NCBI RefSeq assembly: GCF_964355755.1
Contig: NC_092679.1
Span: forward strand, 21,497,432-21,561,431
DNA: 64,000 nucleotides
DNA from: Antedon mediterranea
Lineage: Eukaryota > Animalia > Echinodermata
Reading direction: 5' to 3'
Positions within the stretch are counted from its first letter, which is position 1. Each line of letters begins with the position of its first letter. This document shows, piece after piece, positions 12,125 to 26,054 of this stretch. Made by a program: the position numbers and the translations under genes. The notes beneath the pieces are model-generated. The model made no database searches. It had not been told where the DNA came from and saw nothing but the letters and a program-made list of their open reading frames with translations.

Positions 12125-15100
12125 ATGAGGGCGACAGGCATTGCTATCCTGTGCTTTTACTTTCTGTGCATTAAATCAGGTAGTCAATAATTATTATTAC
12201 TATTCATTTTGTAAATACATGCAGTGTATTAACTTTTTAAATTAAATTTTGTTCTGTTAAGTTACGATACAACTTAACTCAATGGGACTATAAAAAAAGT
12301 AATTCTATAAACTATATAAATAAGGTCATTTAATGACAGCAGCATAACAGTAGTGCGGTACCTAAAATGCAAAACACCAAGATACGGTATTGATACGAAT
12401 TGTTAAAGACAAAAGTAAGTCGCCTGTCTCTTCAATACTGATAAGATAGTATGTTAATGTCAGTGTTGTTGCTATATAATACATTTGATAGCCCAATACA
12501 AAATATATCATTGTATATGAACTGTAAAGGCCAATTTACACAGCCGAGCAAAACGGTAAGCGGTATTCCGTAAACGAAAATCAACTATACTGTATATATA
12601 TATCATATCATTTCTTATGACCATTGTACACAAAGCGGAAATATCTGCTCTGCGGTATGATACAGATTTCACATGGGACAAGCTATGCGCTATTCCGCAT
12701 ACCGTTACTGTCTGTCTGTGTAAATTGCCCTTGTGATGAGTAGCCGTGTATTTCACAAACCTACACAAGCCGATTCTCGAACGGTATCGTGTCAATAAAC
12801 AGCATCTGCACTGCAGTGTCGCATCTGCTGACGACAACAACAAAAGAAGGGGAGACTGCTACTGTATATACAGTATCTCAATGGGATGAAGCTGCCAAAA
12901 CTACACACCTTTTATTGTCGTTAGACATCCGCCCGTGATCCGGAGAAACCTGGGTCATAGGTATGAAATCATGAAAATATTCTAATTATGTTTTGTTGGT
13001 TTTTCCAGTTAAGGCTGATATAAAAACAGATTTCCAGTCTGGCTTTGATGGTTGGACTCAAGAATATGGTGATGATAATTTTGATTGGACACGGACGTAC
13101 GGTTCTACACCATCATCTAACACGGGGCCATCAAACGGACATTCAGGATTTTCATGTAAGTTAAAATCATGATGTGTCTTGAAAGTCTACGCTTCCAATC
13201 TAGTGTGTCTTTAAATCCCGTAATTCCATATAATTCTTATGTACTAACAATATTATTTATTAAACTAATATAATTAATATTAGCGCAATTATTACAATAT
13301 TCTATAATTAAAAATATACCACACTTATAATGAACTACCGATATACAAAACTACAATTTACCAATCATGTTTTATGATAGATATAGATATATATAAGTCT
13401 CTATGCGCTAGACAATAAAGTGGAAAACAAAAAAGAAGAGTATAAAAAGACCAAAACACCAACCTAGCACCCAAACCAGAGTATGGGGATACACCATCAC
13501 CGCTAACTGGGGATCAGTGTGTGAGAACCCGAGTTAGCATCGGTTAAGTCTTGATCTTTTCATGGATTCGGTGCCTCCTAGCCTAACAATAGGCAAGAAA
13601 GGTGAACAAACAAAAGCAAAACGAGAAAAGAAAACCAACATCGTAGATTATCCAAAATATACAATTTGCTGCTATATTTAATAACATCACATTTAATCCA
13701 GGCAACCAGTTGTTGACCTAATGATATATATACTGTACTGTATATCCAAAGGCAAATTATTGATAAATGACAATTCTGTGGGTAGCAGTGGCTGGAGCTC
13801 AATGAAGATACAAAATACAATAACTAAAAAGCTAAATCAAAACGATAAAGTAAAACATCCAGAACTATTGGTAGAGCTTTCGGCCAACACTAGCCCTTCA
13901 TCAGTGCAAGTGAGAGTAGGCGCTACTTTAGACAGAATTGAGAACATAAATCAGACAAGTGCTGCCTAGGTAGACTGGAATAAAAGAAATAAAAACAAAG
14001 GAGGCATAGGCTAATGATATATATAGTTATTTATTGTACAAGGCTAAAACAAACGTTCTCATTTATTTGCTTTTACATAGCTGATTATTACGTCTATATT
14101 GAAACTTCATCCGTGAGTAATGGAGAGTCAGCTCGTTTAAGAAGTCCTCTTCTCTCAAAACAAGAGAAAACGTTAGAATTCTACTATAATATGTATGGAT
14201 CTGCTATCGGAAGCCTCAAGATTTACAAAAGATCAAATTCGGGTGACGAAATATTATGGTCAAAATATGGCAATCAAGGAAGTTCTTGGAAATTGGCGCA
14301 CGTGGAATTTGAATATTCTGGCAACGGAAACAACTACATCATCTTTGAGGCTATTGCGACAGGTTCATACGAAGGTGATATTGCAGTTGATGACATCCAT
14401 ATTATTAGTGGTATGTATTAGTTACAGTTCTACTATACTAAATATGTCCCTTCTTAAGAGTGGGCAAAGAGGTCACATGATTGAAATTAACACACTTCAT
14501 TCCGGAAAGCAGTTTAGCAGGAGAGAAGTCAGTTACTACTCTAGACCCTATTATTACTATTTTGGTTTACTTCATTTTATCCTATGTTTCACACAAAATC
14601 GAATTTTATCTTTTATATCTTCTTACCAATACAAAGATATACATCACACCATTTTAAATATTTTACAGAACCCATACCAAGAGAAAGATTCATTTGTGGT
14701 AATGAATCTCAAGTGCTCACCTCACCTGGATACCCAAACGATTATGACAACAACGAGACCATGAGCTGGTCGTTTCGTACTCATCCTGGTCGTATTCTTG
14801 CCGTTGATTTTAACACATTCGATGTAGAGAAATTCTACGATTATGTGTACATTTTCGATGGCGAAGAAAAAATTGGCACTTACACTGGTTCCCGTCTACC
14901 ACCAGTAACGGTTTCTTCAAATAATACAATAACTATTGTTTTTGAAACCGACAAAAGTACATCATCTAAAGGGTTTCAAGCTGAAATATTTGTCTACCCA
15001 GAAGCTCCAGGTAATAGTGGCGCATATAAGGGTTGGGTGCGGGATGCGTAATTGTCCCTAAAGCTTGGTTCCCACTAGAACGTAACGCAAGGACGTAAAC

Positions 15101-18100
15101 GCAACGCAAGCGTTTTAACCAATGACAAGCAAAGTTATAGACAGTTAGCAATCACAAGCGAATAAGCCATCGCTTGTGATTGGTCAATTCACTTGCGTTG
15201 CGTTACGTCCTTGCGTTGCGTCGCTAGTAGGAACCACGCTTAAATAACGCTCATGCAAATTGTTAGCTAGTCGTGATATTCGAAGGGTTTCACGCGCCAA
15301 ATTTACATGCAATATTCAATATTTTACTTGTTATTTTTTCCGATCGTGTTTTCTAAATTCTGAATTCTGTGGGTATACCTTACAGGAATTTTTAAAAAAA
15401 GGTAAATAAATAGCCGACACGAGTACGTATGTATATTAGCCTGTCACACAACCATAGCTTGTGTAACATTTATCAATAGCGGAGTAAATTCGAGTTCTAA
15501 AAAACGCTCAATCTTCTTTTAAAGTTGTGTTTGGATGGAAGCTTCAATTTGTGTGTATCTTTCTTTGGCAGATGGTATTTGTTCTAACTTTAATGATGGA
15601 TGGTGTGGTTGGACTTCCGCCGATAGTTACAATCAATGGACACACTCGTCACAGAGAACCTCTTCGGTAAACAGATACAACCGTTACCCAGGTTAGCATG
15701 TGATTGAAGTACTCATTACGTGACCAAAAATATGATGTTAAAGCATTGACAAATTTGGTTATAGTTTAGCATCCGTTACTGTCTCCTCTGGGTAATTCGG
15801 TGACTAATAACCCTGTAAAAGACTGCTGCCCGGGTACGCTGATGATCACTGCCTATACTAGGTTACTCGATTAGCTTGGTGACCTCTGTCCTAATAACTT
15901 GATGACTGTCGCCCGTATAACTTCGTGACTGCTGCCCGTGTAACTTGGCGACTGCTGCCCAGGTAACGTGATTTCAAACAAAATGGTGACTGCTAACCGG
16001 CTGTCAGTTAACTTTACAAGACCAGGTACCATTGTGATCTGCCGATTGACCGAGTAATTTTAATTTTTTTTTCAGATGATTATTTTGTATATGTAGAATC
16101 AACGTCTTCTAGTTCCAAATATGGATACCTTAACAGCCCAGTAATGCCAAGTGAATGGAATGAGGCGTGCCTACGATTATACTACTATATGAGTGGAAAT
16201 TTAAATCAATATATACGTATTAACCACTACTATTACAATTATTACTCATCAAGTTTAACAACCATTTACGACGATAACAGTGCTACATGGAAGTACATTA
16301 GTTTAGCATTTAACAACAGTGGCAGTTCGTATGTGCAGTTATTTGGAAGAGCATACTATTACAACATAGTTGCTGTCGATGATATTTATATAAGTAAAGG
16401 GCCGTGTTCGGATACTAAAGGTAGTAAATTTTGTTAGTATATTCTTCTTTTGAGTCCTACCATCATCCATGCTTAACCACCTCCCCATTCTCAATCGGTA
16501 TGGTGTAAATTTATTCCATTTTCCTCATTATCAGCAGTGTTATCACCTCCTTTCCTATCAAAAATTACTGTACAACTTGTTTCTCCTTTCATTTTATAAT
16601 ATTATAACTTCTGGGAACACCGTATTATATTTATGAATATTATTTCTTATAGTAATATCACCAAGTAAAACGCCAGAAATTGATTTTGAAGCAAAAACTG
16701 GTAAGTTGTTTATACATAACTGGAGACTGCACAATGTTTGGAAATGGCTTACAGCACTATTTCTGTATTTCATTTTTCGACTCCTTTTATGTTTATACAG
16801 ATGTAGTATGCAGTGACTCGTACATGACAGTGTACTTGGACGCTTCGCTTGATAACAGTGAGAACGCACGTTTTCTGGACACCACATGTCGAGCTAAAGG
16901 ATACGTGTATCGTAACGGCATGAAGTATATCTATCTTTACACTCGGTATGACCAGTGTCAAACATCATTGAAGGTAAATAATGAAACTATTGTATGTGGT
17001 GTAACCTTTCTCTTTTAACTATCAGGACTTCTCAACTTGCGAGATAGCTATGACATGCATTTGGAGGCACTACTGTGTCCATGTGAATTGTTACAACAAA
17101 TAAAATAAATATTAATGACGTGTGATGATGTTTTCTTTTAGTCTACTTTAAATTCAACAACTTACTCCAACAAAATCATTGTAGCAGAAAACAGTTCGAT
17201 GATTACAAGAGACGACGTGATTGAGATTAACATTGAATGCGAACTTGACAATAAAGGCCAATCTTCAGTTGCATTTAAGCATGACGACAAGGAGGTACAT
17301 CTTTCACACAAACGAGGATATGACAACTTCACATTTCATATGGAGCTTTATACCGATGAAAGTTACTCTACACTCTATCCTCGTCAGCAGTATCCCATAG
17401 AGTATGACCTCGGTAGCAGGTTATACGCTGGTGCAAGCGTGCAGACGTTCAGCAATGATATAATCGTTTTTCTTGATACTTGCTACGCGACACCTAATCC
17501 TGACCGGGATTCTGAACCAAAACATGAACTGATCAAAAACAGGTAGCCTATAGCTTTAGTTTTTCTTCAATAAAATATCTCATAATGTGTTCAAGGCCGC
17601 AAAAAGTTCTAAAAGTATTTAGTTAAAAATAATCTTAGGAGAAAAAAGGCATATCACTTGCTGACACACTTCCCCAGCGTCTTCTGACGGCCTCCAAAAT
17701 GTAGGGATCTTCATTCCTTCCTATCATGCGTTTATGTATAGCCTGTATTATTGATCCATATTAATGTCCACGCTGCTCTTCCACTTGATATTTTGTTCTG
17801 GATCAGCCACCATCTCTGACACTACTTTTCCTTCGCAGTGCCCAGCACAAACTTTGTGTTTCTTGTTGTTGTTGATACACTCTGTAGCCAGGTGCCTTTT
17901 AACTGACATTTATGACTTGTTTAAAACGAAAATAAGAAAACAGTGCATTAACGTCTTGGTGGGTCTTTTTCCTAACCAAACACATCAATACAAACTAGAA
18001 CTAAGTTGCTGCAGTATACATTTAAAAATGCATACAGTGTAAAATGATACATCTAAAGAGGTAACAAATCGGATTAGTTTTGATGTGGAAAGTACAAAAC

Positions 18101-19422
18101 AACAACAATCATCTAAATTCGTACTTCATTTACATATCTGTGGCCTGTTACATAGCATGAAGCATTATCGTATATTCAAAGTGCACCACCATGAGTAAGG
18201 ATCTTATTTATGCCCTTTTATGCATACGTCATCCACTCACGCATAACGGAGTGTAACTATCGCCATCACAACATTATTGTGGATTTCCTTTTTTTTGCAT
18301 GCACATCACTTACCTCAGACAGAATACGCAAAAGAAAATATACCTTACAATTTCTTTTACTTTTTCTTCTAGCTGCGGCATAGACGAAACTGTTAATTTT
18401 GCCGGTCAAGTTTCTAAAAACACCGCACGCGTTTTCTTTTCCTTTAACACCTTTGTGTTCAACGATTTATCTAAGGTAAGAGATGTCTTAAGCTCTGTCT
18501 ACACTATCAAACTTTATGTAACAACAAAAATGTGATGTGCCCATATATGGTGATGTCATATTACTTCCATATTTGAGCATATAACTACCATATTTGGGCA
18601 CATCACACTTTTTTGTCAAACTAGTTTGATAGTGTGGAAAGAGCTTTATTTTGTAAAACAGGAATGACATTTACTTTAGAGGAAGATTGTAGAACACACA
18701 AAATAACATTTCTTTTTCGGGAAATATTAAATTATTTTTATTGTATCGACAAAATCCAATCGATGATTTCTAAATGTTTATTGTTTTGGGTTTTTTTTCA
18801 GGTGTTTATTCATTGCGATTTGTCAATTTGCAACAAAACTGATTGGAGGTGTCATAGAGACTGTTACCAACGACAACGACGTGACGTCAGTATGCCCAAA
18901 AAATTATCCAATAGTGTACCGGTAGTTGTTGGACCAGTAATAATGAAACAAGCAGACGAGAGCCAGAAAGTCAATTTGGATACAAAGGGTACTGACGAAT
19001 TACATCATCAGAATTACAAATAATATTAGATTTCAATGGTTTCAGAAAACATTCCTGAAATACTTAAATGTATATGAGAAGATATTAATTGGAAGAGTAA
19101 ATTTTAGGAAAGAGGAAAAGTTCAAGGAAAAGTATAATTTCACTCTTTCCTGGATTTACTATAGTTATATTTATATTTCAAGTTTGCCAAAACAACTTAT
19201 TTGATTTCAAAAAAATTATTTGACGCGAGCGAATTTTTTATAGCGATAAGATATCAATTATCCTTTCTTTCAGAGCCAACATCAAGAACAACATTTCCAG
19301 AGTTTTCAGTTCTACTGTTTATCGTTAGTCTGGTGGTTCTAGTTGCAGGGATTGGCCAATGGATCACTGCTAAAATTAGCACCAGAAATCCATACCAACG
19401 ACTTGAACATAACAAAATATAG
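12125..19422 (+). CDS. Signal peptide-MAM-CUB-MAM-ZP-transmembrane protein, paralog 2 (complete model)
   Basis: Exons 12125-12179 (MRATGIAILCFYFLCIKS, joins in phase to VKA-DIK), 13009-13155, 14081-14410 (MAM), 14669-15010 (CUB), 15572-15691, 16076-16420 (MAM), 16653-16700, 16801-16974, ~17142-17541, ~18373-18475, ~18802-18988 (ZP, RQRR), ~19274-19422 (TM, YQRL). Confidence 0.9.
12528..12731. mobile_element. Harbinger-like MITE in intron 1
   Basis: TIR AGGCCAATTTACACAG / CTGTGTAAATTGCCCT; TSD not clearly preserved. Confidence 0.5.
13742..13910 (-). mobile_element. Penelope-type terminal repeat with degenerate hammerhead motif
   Basis: Homologous to 56380-56547; minus strand reads CTGATGA-AGGGC-TAGTGTT-GGCC-GAAA-GCTC; abuts a TA run. 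Confidence 0.7.
15062..15240. mobile_element. PIF/Harbinger MITE (TAA TSD)
   Basis: TAA|AGCTTGGTTCCCACTAG ... CTAGTAGGAACCACGCT|TAA; partial relatives near 57400, 60330 and 61890. Confidence 0.8.
15780..15975. repeat. Degenerate ~22-bp intronic minisatellite
   Basis: Repeated GTAACTTGGTGACTGCTGCCCG-like units. Confidence 0.65.
18491..18645. mobile_element. Abundant ~150-bp MITE family (representative copy)
   Basis: TIR AGCTCTGTCTACACTATCAAACT with internal GTGCCCAAATATGG repeats; other copies at ~19892-20022, 26598-26696, 52490-52673, 55590-55751, 61106-61257, 63032-63193, 63218-63355. Confidence 0.85.
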
Positions 19423-21094
19423 ATCACGCTTATGAGCGAGAAAATCCTTAAAAATTGAACAATCTTAATTGTTTCTTTTGCTTTTTGTTAGTACAGTAGT
19501 AAGCACCAATTTCTAGTACAGTACATGTATATTTAAATATACAGTGTATTTTTAATCTGAAAACGAGTTTAACCTTCTTCAATGCAAAAGTGTAGTTGAC
19601 AGTTGGACAACACCACTTTTAAAGTTAATTATAAACGTGAACTTGTTTCCATCAAACTGAATGTGAAAATAAACGAATAAAGGAAAAATATAGTAATGTG
19701 TTGTATTTTAGTTTCACGGGTTTGATTGTGTTTGTTGAACGGTTTATTTCTGGCCTCTTTACTTCAAATAAACTTTACTGCAGATGTGCATACTTCTCAA
19801 CATTTATTTAAACTATAACAGCATTCAAGTACAGTATTACTGTACAACCATGGAGGAATAATAACTGCATGGTACAATAACAAAATCTTTAAGCTCTGTC
19901 AAACTTATATGACAAAAAAGGTGATGTGCCCAAATATAGTAGTAATATGCCAAAATATGGTAGTGATATGTCCATATATGGGCACATCACATTTGTTTGT
20001 CACATAAAGTGTGGAAAGAGCTTTAGATTGTATAACATTTGTAATTTCATTAATTGATTAATAATTATCAAAATATCATTTGCGACATTTGTACACAAAC
20101 AAATACAACCCATTTACACTTATTTTAAGTGCTATCGTCTATTAAAGCTTCTGAGGATTTAGGCCTCGCGGTACCAAACTGGTAATTTATATTTACAGTT
20201 TTTATTTTTTCCAATGGAAGATACTTTTGTACTCTTGAACTTCTCGTAATTATGTTACTAAAGAAGTATCAATCTATATAAAGTTGAAGAGTCGTCAGCA
20301 AGAAGAGATAGTGACTATTATCAGAAAATGGCAGCTACACAAAAAGTACATTACTTGTATACATTTGTTAATACAGTTATTTGAAAGCTGGATTACAAAC
20401 ATGACGACTTAGAAAAAGATGACGATGACTAAAAGTAAAGTTGTTGGATTGACTAAATCAATCACTTTACTTTTGGATTAAACGATTACTCGTTTAATAC
20501 ACATCTGGATTAAACACATCAAGTTACTTTTAGCTATTCTTAGAGGTTTCAATCCGAGCATATTAAAAAATTAATTAGCGAACATCAAGCCAGCATTGTC
20601 CACGTACGATTCTGACTGGAATACTAATTATTGTATAGCAAGTTTTTTATTTGAATTTTATAAATGATAATAAAATCATTTTGGAAAAGAAGCCAAGGAC
20701 TACAATGATAAAGTTGCTGCATGTACAGTTTACTGTAATATTAAATCATTTAAAAATGAAGAAACTTATTTGTATAAATGCGATATTTAGGTTTTAATCC
20801 ATGCCTATTTTGAACTATTGCAAACTTCCTACATTGTGTAGGCCTACGTACGAAATCTTACATTATACACGTGCGCTTCTGATTGGCATAACGACTGCAA
20901 TAGCATTTTTTGGGTAGGGGATGGAGAGGTGTCGACCTGAATCCAACTCTCAAAATATGGGCTCTTCGAATTAACACTCGCTTAAAAACTTATTCTTATC
21001 CAATATTTCTTGACAAAAAAAGCTGTCAATTAACATGTGTGTATAAGAAACAAAACTATTTACAGTGCAAGTGTAATTTCAATGTGAAAGCTAC

Positions 21095-23112
21095 TCACAT
21101 AATTTCAATGGTTGATTCAATGTCCAGCGATAGACAAGCTTGGATAGCATCCGAAATAATGTTATTTTGGGCTGGAACTTGGTCTTGCTTACACGTAGGT
21201 ACCTCTAAGGTAGTTTCATACTGAACGTCCTCACTCATTACTACCGTATGCAACTTCTTCTTGTGTTTTTTCAACTGTTCAATATACGAGAAAGATTGGG
21301 CGCAAATCTCACAGGAATATGGAGTTTCACCAGTATGTATTCGTCTATGCTTCATCATGTTATCCTTAAACGCAAACAACCGTCCACAAACATCACACAT
21401 GTGCTTTTGTTCTCCTTTATGCCACTCAACATGCCGTTTCAAATGGCCCTTCTCTCGGAAATTCTTACCGCACAGCTCACATTGGTACGGTTTAACATCT
21501 GTGTGTGTTGCTTCGTGGCGCTTTCTTGTCGACATCTTTCCAAACTTCACACCACACACACTGCATGGATGAGATTTCTGTTTCTGATGGACTTGCCGGA
21601 TGTGAGTGGTTAAAGTTCCTTTGGATTTGAATGATTTCTGGCAGAGGTCACAGTGCACAAGTTCCCGATCTGGATTGTGAGTCTTCATATGAGAATCCAG
21701 ACCACTTTTAAAGTGGAACGCCAAGTCGCACTTGGTGCACTTGAAAGTTCTTTCCTGGTGCAAAGCCTCGTGTTTTCTGCATTTGTTTGCATGATAAAAC
21801 TCTTTCGGGCATTGACTGCACTTAAAGCGAGTTTCTTGTGTATGAACAGTCATGTGACGTTTCAGGGTACCAGGTGTAGAGAAGGTTTTATGGCACAAAG
21901 AACACATCTCAGGAGCTGAATGTGCCTTCTCATGATATTCAAGCAAGTAGACATTTTTCAGACTCTTGCCACAAATAGAGCAAATGTATTTTTGCAGGCT
22001 ACGAGCTCGATGCCTTTCAACATGTTCAAGCAACATGCTCTGATTGTAGAAAACTTTGTTGCATGTTGAACAGTGAACTGTTGCATCTACTTTATGCACT
22101 TTAGTCATGTGGTCCTTAAAATCTGGTCCATATACTTGATCAGAGCAAACTTGACATGGATACGATCGTTTGGTCTTGGGGAATTCGTTGTTACCACTTC
22201 CTTTTGGACGTCCTCTTTTAGGCAAAGAAGACTTGTCTAGGATGATTTTACCGCCTTCAGAACTTTTAATGACAGCGACACCACCATCTAGAGTATCTTC
22301 AGAAACTGGAATATCTTCAGAAACTGGAGTATCTTCAGAAACTGTAATATCTCCAGAAACTAGAGTATCTCCAGTAACTGGAGTATCTCCAGTAACTGGA
22401 GTATCTCCAGTAATTGGAATATCTCCACTAACAAGAGTATCTTCGGGAACTGGAGCATCTCCATTAACTGAAGTATCTTCCTTAACTGGAATATCTTTAG
22501 TAACTTTTGCATCTTCAATAACTGGAGTATCTTCAGTAACCGGAGCATCTTCAGCAATTTCACTTATTTCCAGAGCTGCATTACCATCAGAACCATCAAC
22601 TTCCATATCACTACCAGGATCTTCTGTCATAGCAGGGCTTTCTTTTGTTTCGTCCAAAGCAACCATTTCTTTGTTTTGTTTACTTATGTCACGTATTTGT
22701 TTTGGACAATCCCTGTTCAAAACCTCATCATATCCATACTTTGCACGCAACCTTTTTGATTGAAATTTGCGATCAGATTTCTTCATACTGACCTTAAAAC
22801 TACCAAATGAATCTTGTTTTCTATTTTGTGAACGATTCTTGCGTTTAGGTTGTTTTACTTGTTTAATAGCAGGAGTTTCAGTAAGAGGCGTTGGTTGTGG
22901 AGAATGCTTTGTAATAAAATGTATGTCAAAATCCCAAGGAGTCGCAAAAATTTCTTTACATTCTTTGCAGGGTATTTCTTCAGATTTACAGTCTTCTCCA
23001 AATTCTGAATATTCATCATCCTCATGGTAATCTTCCTCATCACCGACATCTTCATAGACTAAAACATTTAATTCTGGTGGATTTTCATCTACACTGTCCT
23101 CTAAAGCTACAT
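21095..23112 (-). CDS. C2H2 zinc-finger terminal exon B (1 + 11 fingers, AT-hook)
   Basis: The ORF stays open upstream of the 563-aa ORF to a phase-1 acceptor (CATTTATCACCAG|AT GTA GCT). Contains an acidic tract, CKEC..H..H finger, hexapeptide repeats, KRGRPK AT-hook and 11 tandem fingers with HTGETPY-type linkers. Confidence 0.9.
22290..22560 (-). repeat. 18-bp coding minisatellite (GDTPVT/EDTPVS units)
   Basis: About 15 imperfect hexapeptide units in exon B. Confidence 0.85.
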
Positions 23113-23592
23113 CTGGTGATAAATGATAATAAATGATTTAGTCTGATGAGCAAGTCTGTATACAGTTTCTTCAAAAAAGCAATTTATTTTTATTTTTATG
23201 GTGATTGTTCACAGCAATTTATACTTACACAACCCAATAAAAAAAAAAGATGACCTTAATTGATCTATTATTCTACTTTTCGATTGTATCATTTTATGTA
23301 CTGTACTTACAGAATAAATAAAAGGATAGGTGATCCATAATTTATTTCATCCATTGCATGGTTTGAAAGCCTTAACTATTTTTAGAAGCAAGCATTCATT
23401 AATTACATAATATGTTGTTTATACAGCATTGACTCTTATATCTGTACACATTTGTATAATCCAGTTTATCTTTAAATACAAGTGTCCTTTTCTCAGCAGT
23501 TACATACATTCCATAAACCAGTTTCATATTTTGCCAATCATAGTGAAGATCACGAGACAATCCTTTTATGCTGTAAAAATAAAATTGGAAGC

Positions 23593-26054
23593 TTAGAGAA
23601 CATCAATGGTTGATTCAATGTCTAAAGAGAGAACTGCTTTAACAGTTTCAGCAAGACTAGTAGATGCCAGAGCCTGATCTGAATAGGTTACCAAGCTTAT
23701 TCCAGATTCCTTATCACTGCCATCATTACCTTTGTGAGATATCTGTTTATGTTTCTTCAACTGTCCAACATATGAAAACGCTTGGCTACATAACTCGCAT
23801 GAATACGGTTTTTCACCCGTGTGAATTCGTCTATGCTTAAGCATATTCTCCTTAAATGCAAATAACTTCCCGCAAATATCACAAATGTGTTTTCGCTCTC
23901 CTTTATGCCACTCTAAGTGGCGCTTAAACCCCTTCTCGCGAAATCTTTTACCACAAATCTGACACTGAAATGGTTTCTCATCCGAATGAGTTGCCTCATG
24001 TTGCTTTCTTGTACATGTCTTTGCAAATTTTTTACCGCATATAGAGCAGGGGTGGATTTTCTTTTTCTCATGTACTTGTTTGATATGTGCTTCTAAATTG
24101 CTTTTAGATTTAAAAAACTTTTTGCAGATATCACAGTGTAATAGTTCACGATTTGGATCGTGTGTTACCATGTGAGAATCTAGACCATGTTGAAAATGGA
24201 AAGCAAGATCACATTTGGAGCACTTGTATGTTCTTTCTTCATGCGATGCCTCATGGAGTTTACATTTGTGCAAATGGTAAAATTTCTTTGAGCAATGTTT
24301 GCATTCGAAGCGCGTTTCCTTTGTATGTTCTATCGCCATATGATTTTTCAGACGCCCAACTGTTGAAAATGACTTTTGACACAAAGAACACTTCTCTGGT
24401 TTGGAATGGGTGTTTTCATGCTCTTTAAGTGTGTAGCAATTTTTTAACTCCTTACCGCATATGGAGCATAAATACTGTTTCTGGTTGTGAATTCTATGTC
24501 TTTCAACATGTTCGAGGAACATTTCTAGATTGTAAAACACTCTATTACATGTTGAGCAGGGCATTTCTGAATTTACTTGATGTTCTTTTTCCATGTGAAT
24601 CTTAATATCGGAGACTACTATTTGTTCCGAGCATATTTGGCAGCTATAGGTTTTATTTCTTTTAATTCCAATGCTACCACAAGGACGCCCTCTCCTGCGC
24701 GTACTTTCTGTGACATTATTAATTTCATTTGCTTCAGAAATATCAATATCAACTTTTTGTTTCTTTCTCAAACCAAAAGTACTTTTTGAACGCCCTCTTT
24801 TTGTAGGTACACATAGTTCAGAATCAGCAGTATCTTCAGCAATTGTGGATTCAGTACTATTATCTTTTTGAACTACAGTTCCATCAGTATTTCTTAAACC
24901 AGAAGTAGCTTTTGGACGCCCTCTTTTCTTAGGTGCACGTTTATCAGTCACTTCAGAAACAGACGATTTTTCTGCAATACTGAGTATAGTACTAGTATCT
25001 CCTTCAACTACAGTGGCATGAGTAATTGTAGCACCTTTATTATTGTTGGAAGTTAACTCTGTAGCATAAGCAATGGAAGATTTGTTATCACCAGTGTCTC
25101 CAGCATTTTCTGTAGAAATACCAGTAGTAATTGTAACCTCTTTATTATTGTCAGAGGTTAAATCTGTAGAATCAACAGTAGAATCTTTGTTATCAATTGT
25201 AATATCTTTATTGCTATCAGAGTTGAAAACTGTAGAATTAAAGTCTCCTGCATTTTCTGTAGCAATATCAGTAGTATTTGTAAAATATTTATTACTTTCA
25301 GAGTTTAAATCTGTAGAATCCACAGTAGCATCTTCATTATCTTCAGTGTCTCCAGCAATAATTGTAACATCTTCATTATATTTAGAGTTTCTAACAAATT
25401 CTGTAGCACAACCAATAGTTCCAGATGTTTTATTGTCATTTTCAACAAATCCTGTAGCATTACATGTATCTTTGGTAACTTCTTCATTTTTGTCAGAGGT
25501 TCCAATCAATTCTTCATTACTACTGACCGTTAAATCAGCAACTCTTTTAGCACATGCGTTACTTACATTGTATAATTGCTCAGAACAACTTTTATTCAGA
25601 CAATGCTTTTCTAATAACCTTTTTGACTTGAATTTACCGTCTGACTTGATTATACCCACTTCAGGTGACTTTTTTCTTTCTTTCCTCTGCAGGGTTTTGT
25701 TTTTTTGCTTTTTATTTTTCCTCTCTTTAGCGATAGGTTTTGGTTCCGGTGTGTGCTTGGTATATAAATGCATGTCATATTCCCATGGTGAGGTAAATGT
25801 TTCTTCACATCCTTTGCAGGAAAATTGTTTACTTGCTGTATGTTTGTCACTCAAGGAATCAAATTCTTCTTTGTCTTTTTCATTGTTGTCTTCTTCATCA
25901 CTCGGATTGTAATCCCCATCATTGTCATTGCCTTGATCATTGTCATCATTATCATTGTCCTGATCATTGTCATCATTATCATTATTATTCTTAGCAATGA
26001 CATCAGTTGATTTTTCAGAGCATGAGCCTGTCACGATATTTGATTCTTTTTCCC
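23593..26054 (-). CDS. C2H2 zinc-finger terminal exon A (1 + 11 fingers, 2-3 AT-hooks)
   Basis: 813-aa ORF extends to a phase-1 acceptor (TTTTATCAACAG|GG GAA AAA). N/D tract, CKGC..H..H finger, KKRGRPK and RRRGRP hooks, 11 fingers collinear with exon B. Confidence 0.92.

Noticed and set aside
22170-25912. Long plus-strand ORFs (197 aa, 279 aa and others)
   Set aside because: Antisense shadows of repetitive zinc-finger coding exons.
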